Source: the human T2T-CHM13v2.0 reference genome, Homo sapiens. Taken from it: 64,000 nucleotides of DNA. Positions 51,581 to 64,000 of this stretch are shown one piece after another. How positions within the stretch are numbered: position 1 is the first letter of the stretch; the number at the start of each line of letters is the position of its first letter. Made by a program: the position numbers and the translations under genes. Below the pieces are notes generated by a model, which was not told the DNA's origin, did not search any database, and saw only the letters and a program-made list of their open reading frames with translations. The DNA lies in NCBI RefSeq assembly GCF_009914755.1, contig NC_060935.1; one strand, given 5' to 3'.

Positions 51581-52057
51581 TGTATCAGCTTCCTGTGGCT
51601 GCTATAACAAATTTCCACAAACATGGTGGCTGAAAGCAATAGAAATTTATTAGCTCATGGTTTGGAGACCAGAAGTCTGAATTCAGCATCACTGAGCCCA
51701 TATCAAGTGCCTTCCTGCTCCTTCCTAAGGCTCCAGGGAAGCCTTTCTTTGCCTCTTAGAGCTCCTGCTGGCTGCCCCACCCCCTTCACTTGTGGCCACA
51801 TCTCTCCAACCTTCCAGATCAGCATCTTCAAATCTCTCTCTGCTGTCTTCATCTGTGCTGTAAAATATCTCTTGGCCTCCCTTTTGTAAGGATACAAGTG
51901 ACTGTATTTAGGGCCCACTCAGATAATCCAGGATGATCTCCCCATTTCAAGATCCTTCATTTAATCAATCTGTGAAGAACTTTTTGTTATAAACATTCGC
52001 AAGTTCCAGGAATTAGAAGTTGGATATTGGCTGGAGAGTACTTTTCAGATGACCACA
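51581..52057 (-). mobile_element. MaLR solo LTR (MLT1C/D-like)
   Basis: tgtatcagcttcctgtggctgctataacaaat start; tttagggcccactcagataatccaggatgatctccccatttcaagatcctt; accaca end. Confidence 0.85.
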
Positions 52058-54538
52058 ATATTCTATTGTTTTGTGGAACATACTAAAAAAACAAACAAAA
52101 TACCCAGCATTCTATTGCTTCCGGTAATGAATTAAAGTCCCTACTTCTTGAATATCTGACTTCCTGGAGGCCATGCAATAGGCTGAATTCTGAGCAGTGG
52201 ATTACCCAGAGTGTTCTTTGTGCTGGGCCCAACACACAATTTCTCCAAACAGCGGATAAATGAATAATGCAGATCCTTGCCATCCACCGTGTGCCCTCGA
52301 CCCCTTTTGACAGTTGTCAGGATCCCCGCCAATCCCGGTGGGGCTTCTGGTCACACAGGCTGGCAGCACCCGGCACACTGTCCCGTGGGCAGCAGATCCC
52401 TCGAGAAGTCCCTGCACCCCGAGGAAGTGGCACACGTCTCTCACCGCTCTGGAGTCAGGCGGAAATGCCAGCTGGGAAGGAGGAAGCGAAGAGGCAAAGA
52501 GCAGGGGCTGGCAGCTGTGTTCTAGCTTGGAAGGAAGTTGGACACCCACACATCTCAAAAGCGGGAGCAGGCAGCCCAGAGAGTGGGTCTCACTCCTCTG
52601 CCGTCTCATCTGAGGCCTCCTCCATCTGCCTTGCCTGAGAGTCACTTTCCATTGCCAGTGCCCCTGGGGACGTAACTGCCTCCTTAGAGGCTTGCCAGAG
52701 GAAAGCAAATGTGATTTTGCTGTAGCTGTAATTTAATTTTTATTTTATTTTGTGGGTCCTTTGGATTCCTGTAGTGTTGATGTTTTATTAATGGTTCTGC
52801 TCTCTCTTCAGAGGAAGTTGGAATCGTGTCTATCATCTGGCAATTGACAGCCAAGTCCCAGCAAGGCAGCATGTGGAGGCTGAGGTGTGCTTGGTGGAGG
52901 GGACACAGAGGCCAGTCTGAAGATGCCCTCTGCAGATGACCGAGGTCGGCCTTGGCCATGCACCTCTTGGCCGTCCTGACACTGCCTGCCAATGCCCATG
53001 CAGGCACTGCTGCTCCATGCGAAGGGTCTGCTCCTCTGATCCAGTTGCTGCCCCCACTGCTAACAGCTGCTCGGGAGGCCAGCTGGCGAGGGACCATGCC
53101 CTCGCTCTCCTTCAGGGCTTGCCTTGGTGCTAGCTGACTTTAGCTGTCTACTGAGAAGGTTCACACCAGACGCGTGGATGGACGCTGGCTCAGAAGCGAG
53201 ATCACACTGCCTTCCTTCCACCACACTCCGTCTAACCTGCCCCTCTCCATCTACGGGAGTCAGTTCAAACACCATCCCCAAGACAGAAATCAACGAGCTG
53301 TGGTGTCTAGGTCCACTGTATCCCTCACTAGCTTCTGTGGACTTCTCCATTGCCTGCCCCTTCCCTCCACTGCACCGAGCTAGTCTACATCATGGTCCTT
53401 CCCACCTGGACTGCTGCACTCTTACTCCTCCCATCCCTCCTTTCTCAGCATTGGTGGCAGCCGTGAGAGCCTGGGAAGCTTTCATGAATGCCACACCCTT
53501 GCTTGGACTCCTTCATGGCTTCCCATGAAGTTTAGAATGAAATCCAAACTTAGAATGAAATCCCTGCCTGCTCCTGCACCACTGACCCTCCACCCAATCT
53601 CTCTAGCCCGGGTTTTCAGCCATATCCCCACTGCCAACCACAATTCCTGGGGAGAGACGATTTTAAAAGATTGATAGTGGAAAAAGTGCATGAATGAATC
53701 AATAGCCAGAATGAATGAATGAATGGCTAGATCCATTCCCCCACATTGCTTGGAAGTAACATGACAGTAAATGTGATGTAGACACATACAGCAAATGCCG
53801 TTTCTCAGATATCTGTCTACATTAATGCTTTTTCACCCTAACACCCATGTTCTCCTTTTCTACCCCTGCTACTCCACAGCTCTTAGGTACTAGTTTTTCT
53901 CTGTAGGGAGGTAGGGCAGGTCATATTTGGTAGAGTGAGTGCAGCTTATCTCCTCTGCATTTCCATAGCTAAGACATATTTTTGAAAAATATTTTAATAT
54001 AACCCTTTCCTTAGGGACTACAGATGTTTTCCTAACCTTCACACCGCCCTTTCTGATGGCTCAGCCATCCAAGAAAAAAAAACTGTTATGCATGGATACT
54101 TATCAATATATTAAATGCATCTAATCCAGATTTTTCTTATCTTTTCTGTTAATTCTTTTTAAAAAGCTTTTCTTTCTTTTTAAAAATTGAATCACATTAT
54201 TTTATGAACTCCTTCAATTAGGAGATGGGCATTTCCCTGGCCCTGGGGGAAAGAGGCTGCTCTTTGCTGCCTAGGATCTATTTTTAATTTGCACTTAATT
54301 GCAGAATCCTGGAATTTCCAATCATCCTTTGGGTTAGCTGTGGCCCTCAGACTAAATTTAGGCTCATGGATGTGTGCAGCTTCCAGGACAAGTTCTAAAA
54401 GGGAAGATGTCTCTTTTCCTTGCCCTTCTCTTTTCCTTCTGAGCGGAGTGTGGCCTTCGTAGGGAGAGCCATCCTAAGGGCGACCGGGAATGGAGTGTGC
54501 TCATAACAGTGAGACCAGGGTTTCTGGCATGGGGTCAT

Positions 54539-54860
54539 TGTGAGACAGCCAGGTGGGAGGAGATCCCTGGAGAAGCTCCAACCTACTGAGGTCGAGCCTT
54601 GGGAAGTTCGCGCCATCTGTAGTAGGGAGGAGCCTGGCCCCTCGTCTTCCTGCGTGGAACCTGGGATTCAAGCTGCCAGTGGGAAGTGTTCTAGCAGGGA
54701 CTCTGGCCTGGTGAGAGAGATTCCCTGTTTCCCTTTTTCTTCCTTTTCACCCAATAAAACCCTATCTTACTACCATTGAAATGGTCTGCAATCCTGAATT
54801 TTCTTGGCCATGGGACAAAGAACCCCATCTTTAGCTGAACTGAAAAAAAGTCCTGCAACA
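54539..54860 (+). mobile_element. ERVL-class solo LTR (LTR42/LTR47-like; subfamily uncertain)
   Basis: tg start (tgtgagacagccaggtgggagg), polyA signal ccaataaaac, tagctgaact..agtcctgcaaca end. Confidence 0.65.
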
Positions 54861-56867
54861 ACTGGAAGACCTTGAATAAGTGAGCTCTTTAAAGGATCAA
54901 GAAAGAAAGTTTTATCTCCTTAATCATCATAACTTGTTTTTCAGTTACCCCAATTGTAACTAATAACTCGGGAACTTTGCACAAATTTTGCTATAGGGTG
55001 CTGTTGAAAGTTGAAAGTCGCTGGCCGAACCATGCCCCGCTGGCCAGAACTATGTGAAACTCACACCATCTGGAAGGTGGTCAGTGCCCTTCCCTGGTCC
55101 CACATGTCTGCCACTTCCACTTTTTCTGCTAGAATTGTTCCAGCACCTTTCTGCACTGTGAGGTGTGAACACCTAGACATTGGCCTGACAACGCCTGCCC
55201 CATGCACACAGCAGGTCCTGCCTTCCACTCTAGCAGGAGCAGTGACACCAGGGTAACTGGGCATGAAGTGCTGGCCAGGAAGGTTATATCAGAATGCAGT
55301 AGGCTCATGCTATACCTGTCATGGGGCCACCTAGGCTGGTGTAGTGCTTGTGGCATAAGCAGGAGGCCTACCTAATAAATGTCTGCAAAATACCTGAACT
55401 GTTAATCCTTCTCCCTCTAAAGCAATCATATTCACTTAATTTAAAACAGGAGAGAGGAAAGGCATGAGAAAAAAATCCTTTTCTTTCCAGACTTTGAGAC
55501 CAGATGTCAAACCAGTTTAAGAGGAGACATCCCCTAGAGCTTTATTTTCCCCAAACTTATCAGGCAGCCTTACAGGTACATGCCCACAGATTGTGGCCTT
55601 GGGGACTCTGTCTCACATAGCACAGTACAACCTATTTTAGGCTTTGTTGCCCCACCCTCCGTTTATTTTAGCAATTTGTGGTTATATTCAAAATAACTGA
55701 GCTATTTATGCTGTTGCAGGATACAGCTCCATCTATAAATGACCTCAGCAGAACTCTGGATTGATTTAACCTCCCTTATCTGTGTGATTAGCTCAGCCAC
55801 AGAGCAGATACTTGGTGCTTATCGCCCCATTAAAGAGTCAAAGAATGCTGTTACCAGTTTTTTATCTCCAAAATGCACACAAAGCCCTGCTGATTATTCT
55901 ATTAATTTGTTAATGAACCTGTCCTTAGACAGAATCTCTGTTCCTTTGGAAGGCAGGGTGGGGAACTGAGCATTCAAAGGTGTTTGAGCCTTCAGAGGTA
56001 AAACTTAAAACTCTAGAATTGCTTGTAGAAGCTGGGATGCACATGCTTATTTTTATTTTGCATTTTTATTCTCTTTCAGTCTTTTATTGAAATAATAGGC
56101 ACACAGAGAGATGAAGAAATTAAGCCAGAAAAAGTTCAGTGTCTGATGGAAGCAGACCCAGGCCCACACAGAGTGGTGAAAAGACGCAGGCATAGACATT
56201 TGGAATAGTTAGCACATGTATCATATCTCCTTGTGGCGGGATCACTCAGCTTTTTGCAGTTGATACACGGATGGCAATTTTAGAACAAAAGATTGTGGGG
56301 AAAATGGTTTATGCTTTTCTTGGATATGTTGTCCTGCATTTGAGGTCCATTGTGCATTTATGTTTTATATATTCACAGACATGCAGAGAATTCCATGAGG
56401 ACAGGCACATGTCTGCATATGCTTCAAGTGCATTGCAGGTGCTGTGTCAAGAGAGCTGTCTCATTGTTGAGATCTTGCTGTACGGCTACTTGCATTGGAA
56501 GCTCTTGGATTCTCCAAGGTTTTCACCTTCTACTATGGATCTTCAGTTCTCCAAGCCTCTTGGGCAGAAAGATGGCTTTAAAATAACATCAGTGACCAAG
56601 AACCCTTGGGTCATTCCATTGGCTACAGAATTAAGCTCAGACCCTACACAGTGTTGGCCACTTGTGACTTAGTAGAGCAAGAAATTGGGTGAATCATAGA
56701 GAGCTGACAATCAACTGTGGTGCATAACTACTGCCTGGTAAACAACTAAAATGAAAATGGGAAAGAGACCTGAAAGGAATATGTTCCTTCAAAATCAGAG
56801 CACAATTTCAGAGGACATCCGAGATTGTGCTCAGGAGGTCCTTTTCTGATTTTTTTCTTTTTCTGAT

Positions 56868-57309
56868 TGTGGTAGATGCCATGATGCAGTCCCCAGATTC
56901 CCTTTGGGAGAGAAGAACGTATTTCTCCAGGTGCCAGGAATATTCGCTGTGGAAGGCTCCCAGCTGAGCCTCTCTCTGGGAACTGCCCTCAGTGGACAAA
57001 AGCTGCCTCATTCGAGGTCACTCCACTTTACAGGGACAGCCCACTTCTAGGACTAGGGCTATATGGGAGTGGAAGGATCTGTCATCCTCCCTTTGTTTGG
57101 TGGCAACTTTGAAGGCCATTGCTGCACCAGAATCTCCACAGGACTGACTGAGGCCTCTGATATGACTGCAACAATGTCCACTATTCCTTTCAGCCAATTC
57201 TGATCCACTTCCTGTTCATAGGTGTTCTTCCTGACAGTACTCCCTAATGCACTTTCTGAACAAAAGTCTCCATCTGAGAGTCAATTTTCATGGAGCCCAA
57301 CCTAATATA
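56868..57309 (+). mobile_element. ERVL solo LTR (LTR16A-like), diverged
   Basis: ctgggaactgccctcag, caactttgaaggccat, ctccctaatgcactttctg..ctccatctgagagtc..cccaaccta. Confidence 0.65.
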
Positions 57310-57990
57310 TCTGGTCATATGAGTGATCTGCACATAAACACACCTGATTAAGGAGTCACAGCAAGAAGACTGAGCAATTTTCTACATTACTGAGGAGATT
57401 AGCATGGACATGGACTGACATGGATTAATCTCTATTTGACATCTGTTTCAAGTTTTGATTACTTAAACATATTTACTCTTCCAGATTACTTAAGTCTACA
57501 TGTATGGGCAGGTTTAGTGAGATTAAATGCATTCTTTAATTCTATTTAACAGAGAACACTGATTTAGATTAGGATTTATTTACTCTTTGTCCTTTCAAGA
57601 AAAATACACATTGTCTCTAACATATGTAGATATAGTCCCTGATCTCAGGGAACTTCAAGTGTTGCAAGAAAACGGACATAAATACTTGCTTGTTAAAATG
57701 CAATGGTACATATTTGGAAGAGCTGGCTAAGGTAACAAAACAACAGAATCTAGAATAAAAAAGATGTTCACAGTCTGTTCAAATATAACAACAAGTTAAT
57801 ATTTCCAGGAACATATTTAGGAAGTCTGGCACTTTTGTTCCTAAAATCAACTGTACTGATACAAGATTGATCGACCTAACTTAGGAGTCAAGTTCAAAGA
57901 ACCTAGGCAGTTTAATTCAGTAGCCATATAGTATTCAGACCAAGTGAAACATTAGTCCACTCTATACTCTACAAGTTGGACAGTAGAAAG

Positions 57991-58321
57991 CAGCATTCCC
58001 CAATCTTTCTGGCACAAGGGACTGGTTTCATGGAAGACAGTTTTCCTATGAATGTGGTGGGTGCGGAGAATGAAACCGCACCACCTCAGATCATCAGGCA
58101 TTAGTTAGATTCTCATAAGGAGCACAGCCTAGGTCCCTCACATGCGTAATTCACAGCAGGGTTTGTGCTCCTATGAGAATCTAATGCCGCCTCTGATCTG
58201 ACAGGAGATGGGGCTCAGGCGGTAATGCTCACTGCTGGCCACTCACCTTCTGCTGTGTGGCCCAGTTCCTAACAGGGCATGGACTGGTATTGGTCCACAG
58301 CCCAGAGGTTGGGGACCCCTG
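57991..58321 (+). mobile_element. MER1B hAT-Charlie DNA transposon
   Basis: TIR-like cagcattccccaatc / ggttggggacccctg; ggactggtttcatggaagaca, gattctcataaggagc, ctcctatgagaatctaatg. Confidence 0.88.
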
Positions 58322-58974
58322 GGATATCTACTGTCTTCAGTTCTAGATGCCATTAGAAAGCATTCAGAGGAGAATGCCCAGAATGGTAAGAGGTCAGAAA
58401 TTCAGTTATTTGAGGAACCCTTGAAAGTCTCGCCTCCCCCTAGTCCCTTTTCATATCCAGCAATACAACCAAAGAGTTTCCCACAGCTGAGCTCTTCTTG
58501 GGATGCCTTTGCATTTTGAATCCCTACTGTCCTGTCCACTCTTCAAGGAGCAGCTCAGAAGTCTCCTCCATAGTGAGCCCAACCCTCCACTTGGGAGTTG
58601 GCTTTATGGGGAGCAGTTTGCTCACATCTCTGTCACAGCTCCCGTCCTTCTTTCTGCTCTTGCTGTGGCAATCTACAAGAGGGCTGCCAGGGATCAGAGC
58701 TTTGTCATTCCAGCATCTAGCAGAATGTTTGCTATACAGAAAGTGTTTGTCATTATTAGATAAATGGATAATTTGTGAATAAATGGGTGAACAAATGAAT
58801 GTGCAAATCCTAAATGCAAGAGGAGGCAGCTTGGAAGTGAGAACACTTGTAAGAGGTGGAAGAGTCTTCAGATATTTAAAGCATTATTAAAATATTCTTG
58901 TAACACAACAAAGAAATACAGTCTGGATCATAGCTTTATGGAGTGAATCTGTAATTAACTTAATAACTGTGACC

Positions 58975-59520
58975 AAAAGTTTTTGATTAATGAATTAGTG
59001 GTGATATGGAAGGAAGTCTTTAGTGATAACTTTAAGATTCTATCTTTAGCCTTATCCTTTTTAATATTTCTATCAATGTGTTGAATAAAGATATAAAAAG
59101 CATAATTATAAAAAAGTAGGGATGATAAGAAGCCAAGTGAAATAGTAAATAAATTGGAAGATTAAAAGCAGGATGCAAGAATATCTCAAGAAGCTAGAAT
59201 TATGAGCTGGTCTTGCCAAGTTGATATTCAAGGGAGAAAAATAAAAAGCCATGCCACCAAATCCTGAAATAACTGTAAAATAGAAGATGAGGAACATGAA
59301 GCTTAACTCCAGCTTTTGTAACAATCAACAGGGAATTTATTTGTGTGTAAGTTCGTAATAAGTTCACATAATCAAACAGCTTGAAACAAAGTTAACCCAA
59401 ACTTAGGAAACATAATTGGTAGTACACTATCTGGAATTTTTTTAGAAAGATGTAGGTAAACTGTTGCAAGTTGTATTCACAGCAGTACAAGCAAGCCCGG
59501 CAAGAGTTCTTAAAACCATG
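58975..59520 (+). mobile_element. L3/CR1 LINE relic
   Basis: tcctttttaatatttctatcaatg..gataa..gcaggatgcaagaatatctc RT-region motifs; further CR1-like pieces near 57400 and 58330-58430. Confidence 0.45.
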
Positions 59521-60324
59521 TTATTTAAGAAAATAAGAATCTGGCAGGGTAAACATGGAGACAAGAATATTCAACAGAGACCTTGTCTATGGCTAAATCA
59601 AGCAGAGCTGAAAAATTTGTGTCAAGCACATGGGATCAGGCCCTTTCTATGGAGTCTAAGTGGCAGCATGACTCTTGAGAGCAGTACATACAGAGGACCT
59701 GATTTCAACTTCCACAGAAGAAGAAATTCTTAGTCACAGTTATTCAGAATAGTGAGGGCCAGTGTGAGAGAAGTGAGCCCCATGATCCCTGGTTACTGCA
59801 GGTGTTGAGGCTGCAACCTTGAATAATACCCACGGGGAACCCTCTGGTGTAGATTCATGTATTGCATAGATAATTGGAGTCAATGACCTTTTAGGTTCCC
59901 GAGATTCCATGATTTTACCCAGAGTTGACATGCTATAAAACTCCAGAAGGCAGGACTATGCTCAATTTAAGGAAAAACTTTCTAAAATTAAAGTTATTTA
60001 AAAACTGAATGAACAGTGGTTTCTCTTTTTTTTTTTTTCCAGGTATATTGTTTTAATAGTGATCCTTGTATTTGTTAGGAAGCTGGAGTCAATTATCTTT
60101 ACAGTCCCTTCAACATCCAACATTATGGGGTAAAGCGGGAAGACAGGCAGTCAGGAGCCATTGGTTATAGTCCAAGCTCTGATAGAAGTTGGCAAGTCAT
60201 TTAACCACACCTAGCCCAGTGAGCTTATCTGCAAATAGGGCTAACGTTATCTCTTCTGCAAATAGCATGCATTGAAAGGCTCTAGAAAAGTTGACTAAGT
60301 ATACTAGAAGATTAATGTGTTCTT

Positions 60325-60473
60325 GGCATGGTTGCTAGTGCTGCCATTGTAGGTCAAAAACAGCCACAGACAGTTTGTAAACAAATAAATATAGCTATGT
60401 TCTGTTATAGTCTTATTTACAAAACAAATGGCTGACTGTGTTTGGATCATGAGCTATAGTTTGCTCACTCTTG
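60325..60473 (+). mobile_element. MER58A-like hAT-Charlie fragment
   Basis: ctgccattgtag..cagccacagaca..ttatttacaaaacaa..gctatagtttgc. Confidence 0.7.
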
Positions 60474-60481
60474 GTCTAAAA

Positions 60482-60708
60482 AAATGGTTCTCTACTGGGG
60501 ACAATTTTACTTAACAGGGGACATTGGGCAATGCCTGAAGATATTTTTTGTTGTCACGGCTCCGGAGGGGGCACGGTATTATTTTATTGACATTTAGGGG
60601 TTTGAGGTTAGGGATGAAGATAAACATCCCATAATACATAGGACAGCCTTCCTCAACAAAGAATCATCTGGACAGAAATGTCAATAGTGTCAAGGTCGGG
60701 AAAACCTG
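60482..60708 (+). mobile_element. MER20 hAT-Charlie element
   Basis: tggttctc start, caggggacattgggcaatg, ggacagcc..acaaagaatcatctgg..aaatgtcaatagtg..aaacctg. Confidence 0.85.
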
Positions 60709-60963
60709 GCGTAGACAAGGAAAACTATTATTTGTGCTTATCCAAGGTCCTTAGCAACAAATTCAACCTCCTGTTGGCTTTTCTAGTACAAACTACAGAA
60801 CTCTAGAAGATTGGGATTGGAAGCGGTTGGAAAACAAAGAGGGGGAATGTGAATCTCTCTTAATTCGAATCAACTGTAAAACAACACACCTTCCTCAAAG
60901 AAGTTTTATTTTCTTTAATAATGGTGTTGCACATGACAGAAACTCAACTCATAGTTTAGATTA

Positions 60964-61324
<361 letters not shown>

Positions 61325-62274
61325 TCAGTCTGTACTTGGACTTTCCCACAGCATCCTGGATATTTCTAGCATTCTACTCAGACTTTCAATGGCTCCCTTC
61401 CCAAAGGACTTTGCACATCTAAACTGGTCTGGCACCTCTCATGGGACTTGGCACCAGAGTTATTTAATTACCCCCTCATTCTGCAACAAGAAAACAAGGA
61501 GAAGTTATGTAACTGATTCTTGGTCACTTGATTATGTAGTGGTAGAACTCATACTAGGACCATTTTTCCGGTGGAGCCCACTTAACTTGCTGCACCATGT
61601 GGGCTCTGTTTTACAGAGAAAAAGGCAGTTCATTTTTTCCAGGTAAAACCTCTCCTGGATTTAAAAAACACAAGAACATTTTCTTTTTTTAACCTATGTC
61701 ACTTTTTGGTTGGTGTACAATATTTCAAAAATGAAATGTTTAAAATAATGCAATGAATTCAAAAGACTAGTTCAAACAATGCACATATCCAATTTATGCC
61801 AGTCCTACAATAAGGCAAAATTTTATTAAATGAAACTCAGTACCGCATATCATATTTAAGTATTCTTATAAAGGTTTATTTAAACATTTTCTTTGAAGAG
61901 GAAGTATTTAAGGATGATAAAGATAATTACTCATCATAAGCATAATGGTCCACTTGACAGAAATTAAATGTAAGGATAACTTTTAATAAAAATTAAGCAT
62001 TAGAAACCTCTCTTCTACCACTCTGGTTTGTAATGTATTTTTAGGAAGATGGTCAAAAGTGCCACTTATTCTACCGCCTCATAACGCCACACTCAACAGT
62101 GTATAGTCAGGCTCTTCTGTATTACGTAGGACAGTAAGTGAAGGAGAGCCCTGTATCCCACTGAATCCTCAAGGTGGGATTTATTTGTACCTGCTGCAGG
62201 TGATGAACTGGTCTAGGGCCAGTGTCAGAGAAGCACAGTGCTATAATCACTTCCAATTCTCACCTGTTAGGCTG

Positions 62275-62843
62275 GGTAAGAGACCAAAATTTGCCACCTC
62301 AGAATATGAAGAATTGTTGAGCTGAAGACAATTAAGAGGAAGCAGATGCACGACAGCTCTGTGCCCTGCCTCTATTTGCTTAAAAGTAGGACATAGATTT
62401 ACAAAGACAAAAGGAACCCTGCTCCTCCTCCCACCACCACCGCTAGGAAGAATGAAGGTTAACCACTGAAGACAACTTTACATTCTTATCTACTGGAGAT
62501 GATACCCAAGGACTCCACATGAACAAGCTTTACTAACTGGCCTTTATCTGCCAGTTATTTGCCTGCCCACAAATTGTTGCCCCTAGAGAATCAAAGTCCT
62601 TTCCCATTATCTTGTTGCTTCTCTAAAAACTAACTGTTCTTGAAGATGCTATGTAAGTTGGAATTCAAAAGCCACCTCTTGGAGAACTGCTCATTCCCTA
62701 AGTGGCTCTCGTGTGCATATGAAATGCACATGTTGTTAAGCTGCTTGTTTTTTTTTTCCTGTTAGTCTGTCTTTTGTTATAGGGATCTGTTTCAACTAAG
62801 AACCTATGGGGATTGAAGAAAAAAATTATTGTTCTCCCCTACG
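62275..62843 (+). mobile_element. ERV1 solo LTR (MER34 family)
   Basis: gagaccaaaatttgccacctcagaatatg start, tgagctgaagacaattaaga, ctgtcttttgttataggg..ctcccctac end; 4-bp TSD g(c/t)tg. Confidence 0.75.
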
Positions 62844-63740
62844 GTTGCAAGATATTCTGTGCCTGCTGCTTCTACATCTCAAGATGATGTTTCCACTACA
62901 GGCTCCTTCCCCATGAAGGAAGGGCAGGGCAGCGCTAAAGGTCTCACGGCTCACTCAAGTATCACTAGCCATCTGTCAGCAGAGTCCAGAGGCTGTGGCC
63001 GAGACTGTATGTCCATGCAGGAGACAGTCCTTTGCCTTCATTCGGTGATGCATTCAATGTCCTCCTACAGTGAGGTACAGGCTCTGCTCTGTCCTGGGGA
63101 GACAAGCTGCAAGCTTGCATTTGCATGAGAACAACATGTGGCCCAGCAGAAGGAGAGAGAAAGAAGTAAACAGTTTTAATCTGAACTGAACACAAATATT
63201 TCTCAGGCTAGACATTTTGAACATTGGTCATAGCCAGTTTATCTAAGTCTCAAGCCCTCTCTCTCTTCTCCAACCCACATCTACTGTCCTAGTATTGGTG
63301 CCGTATTTTCTATTAAGAGAACTCTTGCATAATTCTCCCAAATTCCCACAGACAGAAGAATAGAGGAATGAAGAAATTTATCAGTGTGTACCCTCAATGG
63401 AATAACGTCCAGCAATCGAAATGGATGAAATGCATCTACAGGCAACTCATAGGATTAAAGTTAGCAAACACAGTTACAAATACAAAAGAGTACAAACAGC
63501 ATAATGTTCTCTTCTAAATTAAAGAAAAGAAACCTAAACAATATACAGGTAATAAATTTACATAGATCTGACAATACCAGATAGATAGGCAGGTTGGAAA
63601 ATAGATTGATTGATAGAGTGATAGATCAATTGATCAATAGATAAGGGATAAAAGAGGGAGGACACACACTAGTAGATGTAAATCATCAGTGTTTTGGCTT
63701 CTGTGTTGGGTAGAGTGTTAGAAAGTATGCGTTGTATTAT

Positions 63741-63937
63741 GAAGAAAGAAAGGAAAAAAAGAAGGAAGGGAGGGAGGGAGGGAGGAAGGAAGGGAGGAAT
63801 GAAGGAAGGAAGGAAGGAAGGAATGAAGGAAGGAAGGAAGGAAGGAAGGAAGGAAGGAAGGAATGAAGGAAGGAAGGAAGGAAGGAATGAAGGAAGGAAG
63901 GAAGGAAGGAATGAAGGAAGGAAGGAAGGAAAGAAAG
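63741..63937. repeat. (GGAA)n compound microsatellite with periodic GAAT interruptions
   Basis: Directly visible; source of the PSFL/EGRK repeat ORFs. Confidence 0.95.
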
Positions 63938-64000
63938 TCATTGCACATAACAGTCATGAGAATGTGACATGAACCCATAATTATACTTAATCCAATTCTG

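Noticed and set aside
52923-52936. CTCF-like motif (similar partial matches near 3437, 11015 and 54610)
   Set aside because: Only partial matches, expected by chance in 64 kb.
52202-53528. Cluster of overlapping ORFs up to 168 aa
   Set aside because: Explained by locally high GC on both strands; no protein similarity or convincing splice sites.
63669-63978. PSFL/EGRK repeat ORFs
   Set aside because: Translation of the GGAA microsatellite.

Overview
Primate (most likely human or great ape) non-coding genomic DNA, intronic or intergenic. I can support no protein-coding exon, RNA gene, CRISPR array or prokaryotic feature, and I cannot name the locus. Much of the window is interspersed repeat: 8 Alus (J, S and Y types), a 3'-truncated Tigger1, Tigger3a, MER1B, MER20, MER58, MaLR/ERVL/ERV1 solo LTRs, nested L1s and many L2, MIR and L3 relics. 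The unique sequence contains AT-rich, homeobox-motif-dense blocks and a small CpG cluster at about 42.6 kb that look like developmental enhancers. The most notable structure is a ~420-bp inverted duplication of apparently unique sequence (44088-44508 / 46007-46422, ~94% identical by hand count). It surrounds a 1.5-kb Alu-containing spacer and has hairpin and microhomology signatures at its ends. There is also an older gapless 160-bp inverted duplication (35610-35769 / 36161-36320), a site hit twice by L1, a tailless L1 fragment, an orphan A48 tract, a 48-bp tandem repeat and several small templated-insertion scars. Repeat subfamily calls come from remembered consensus features, and boundaries of old elements are approximate.
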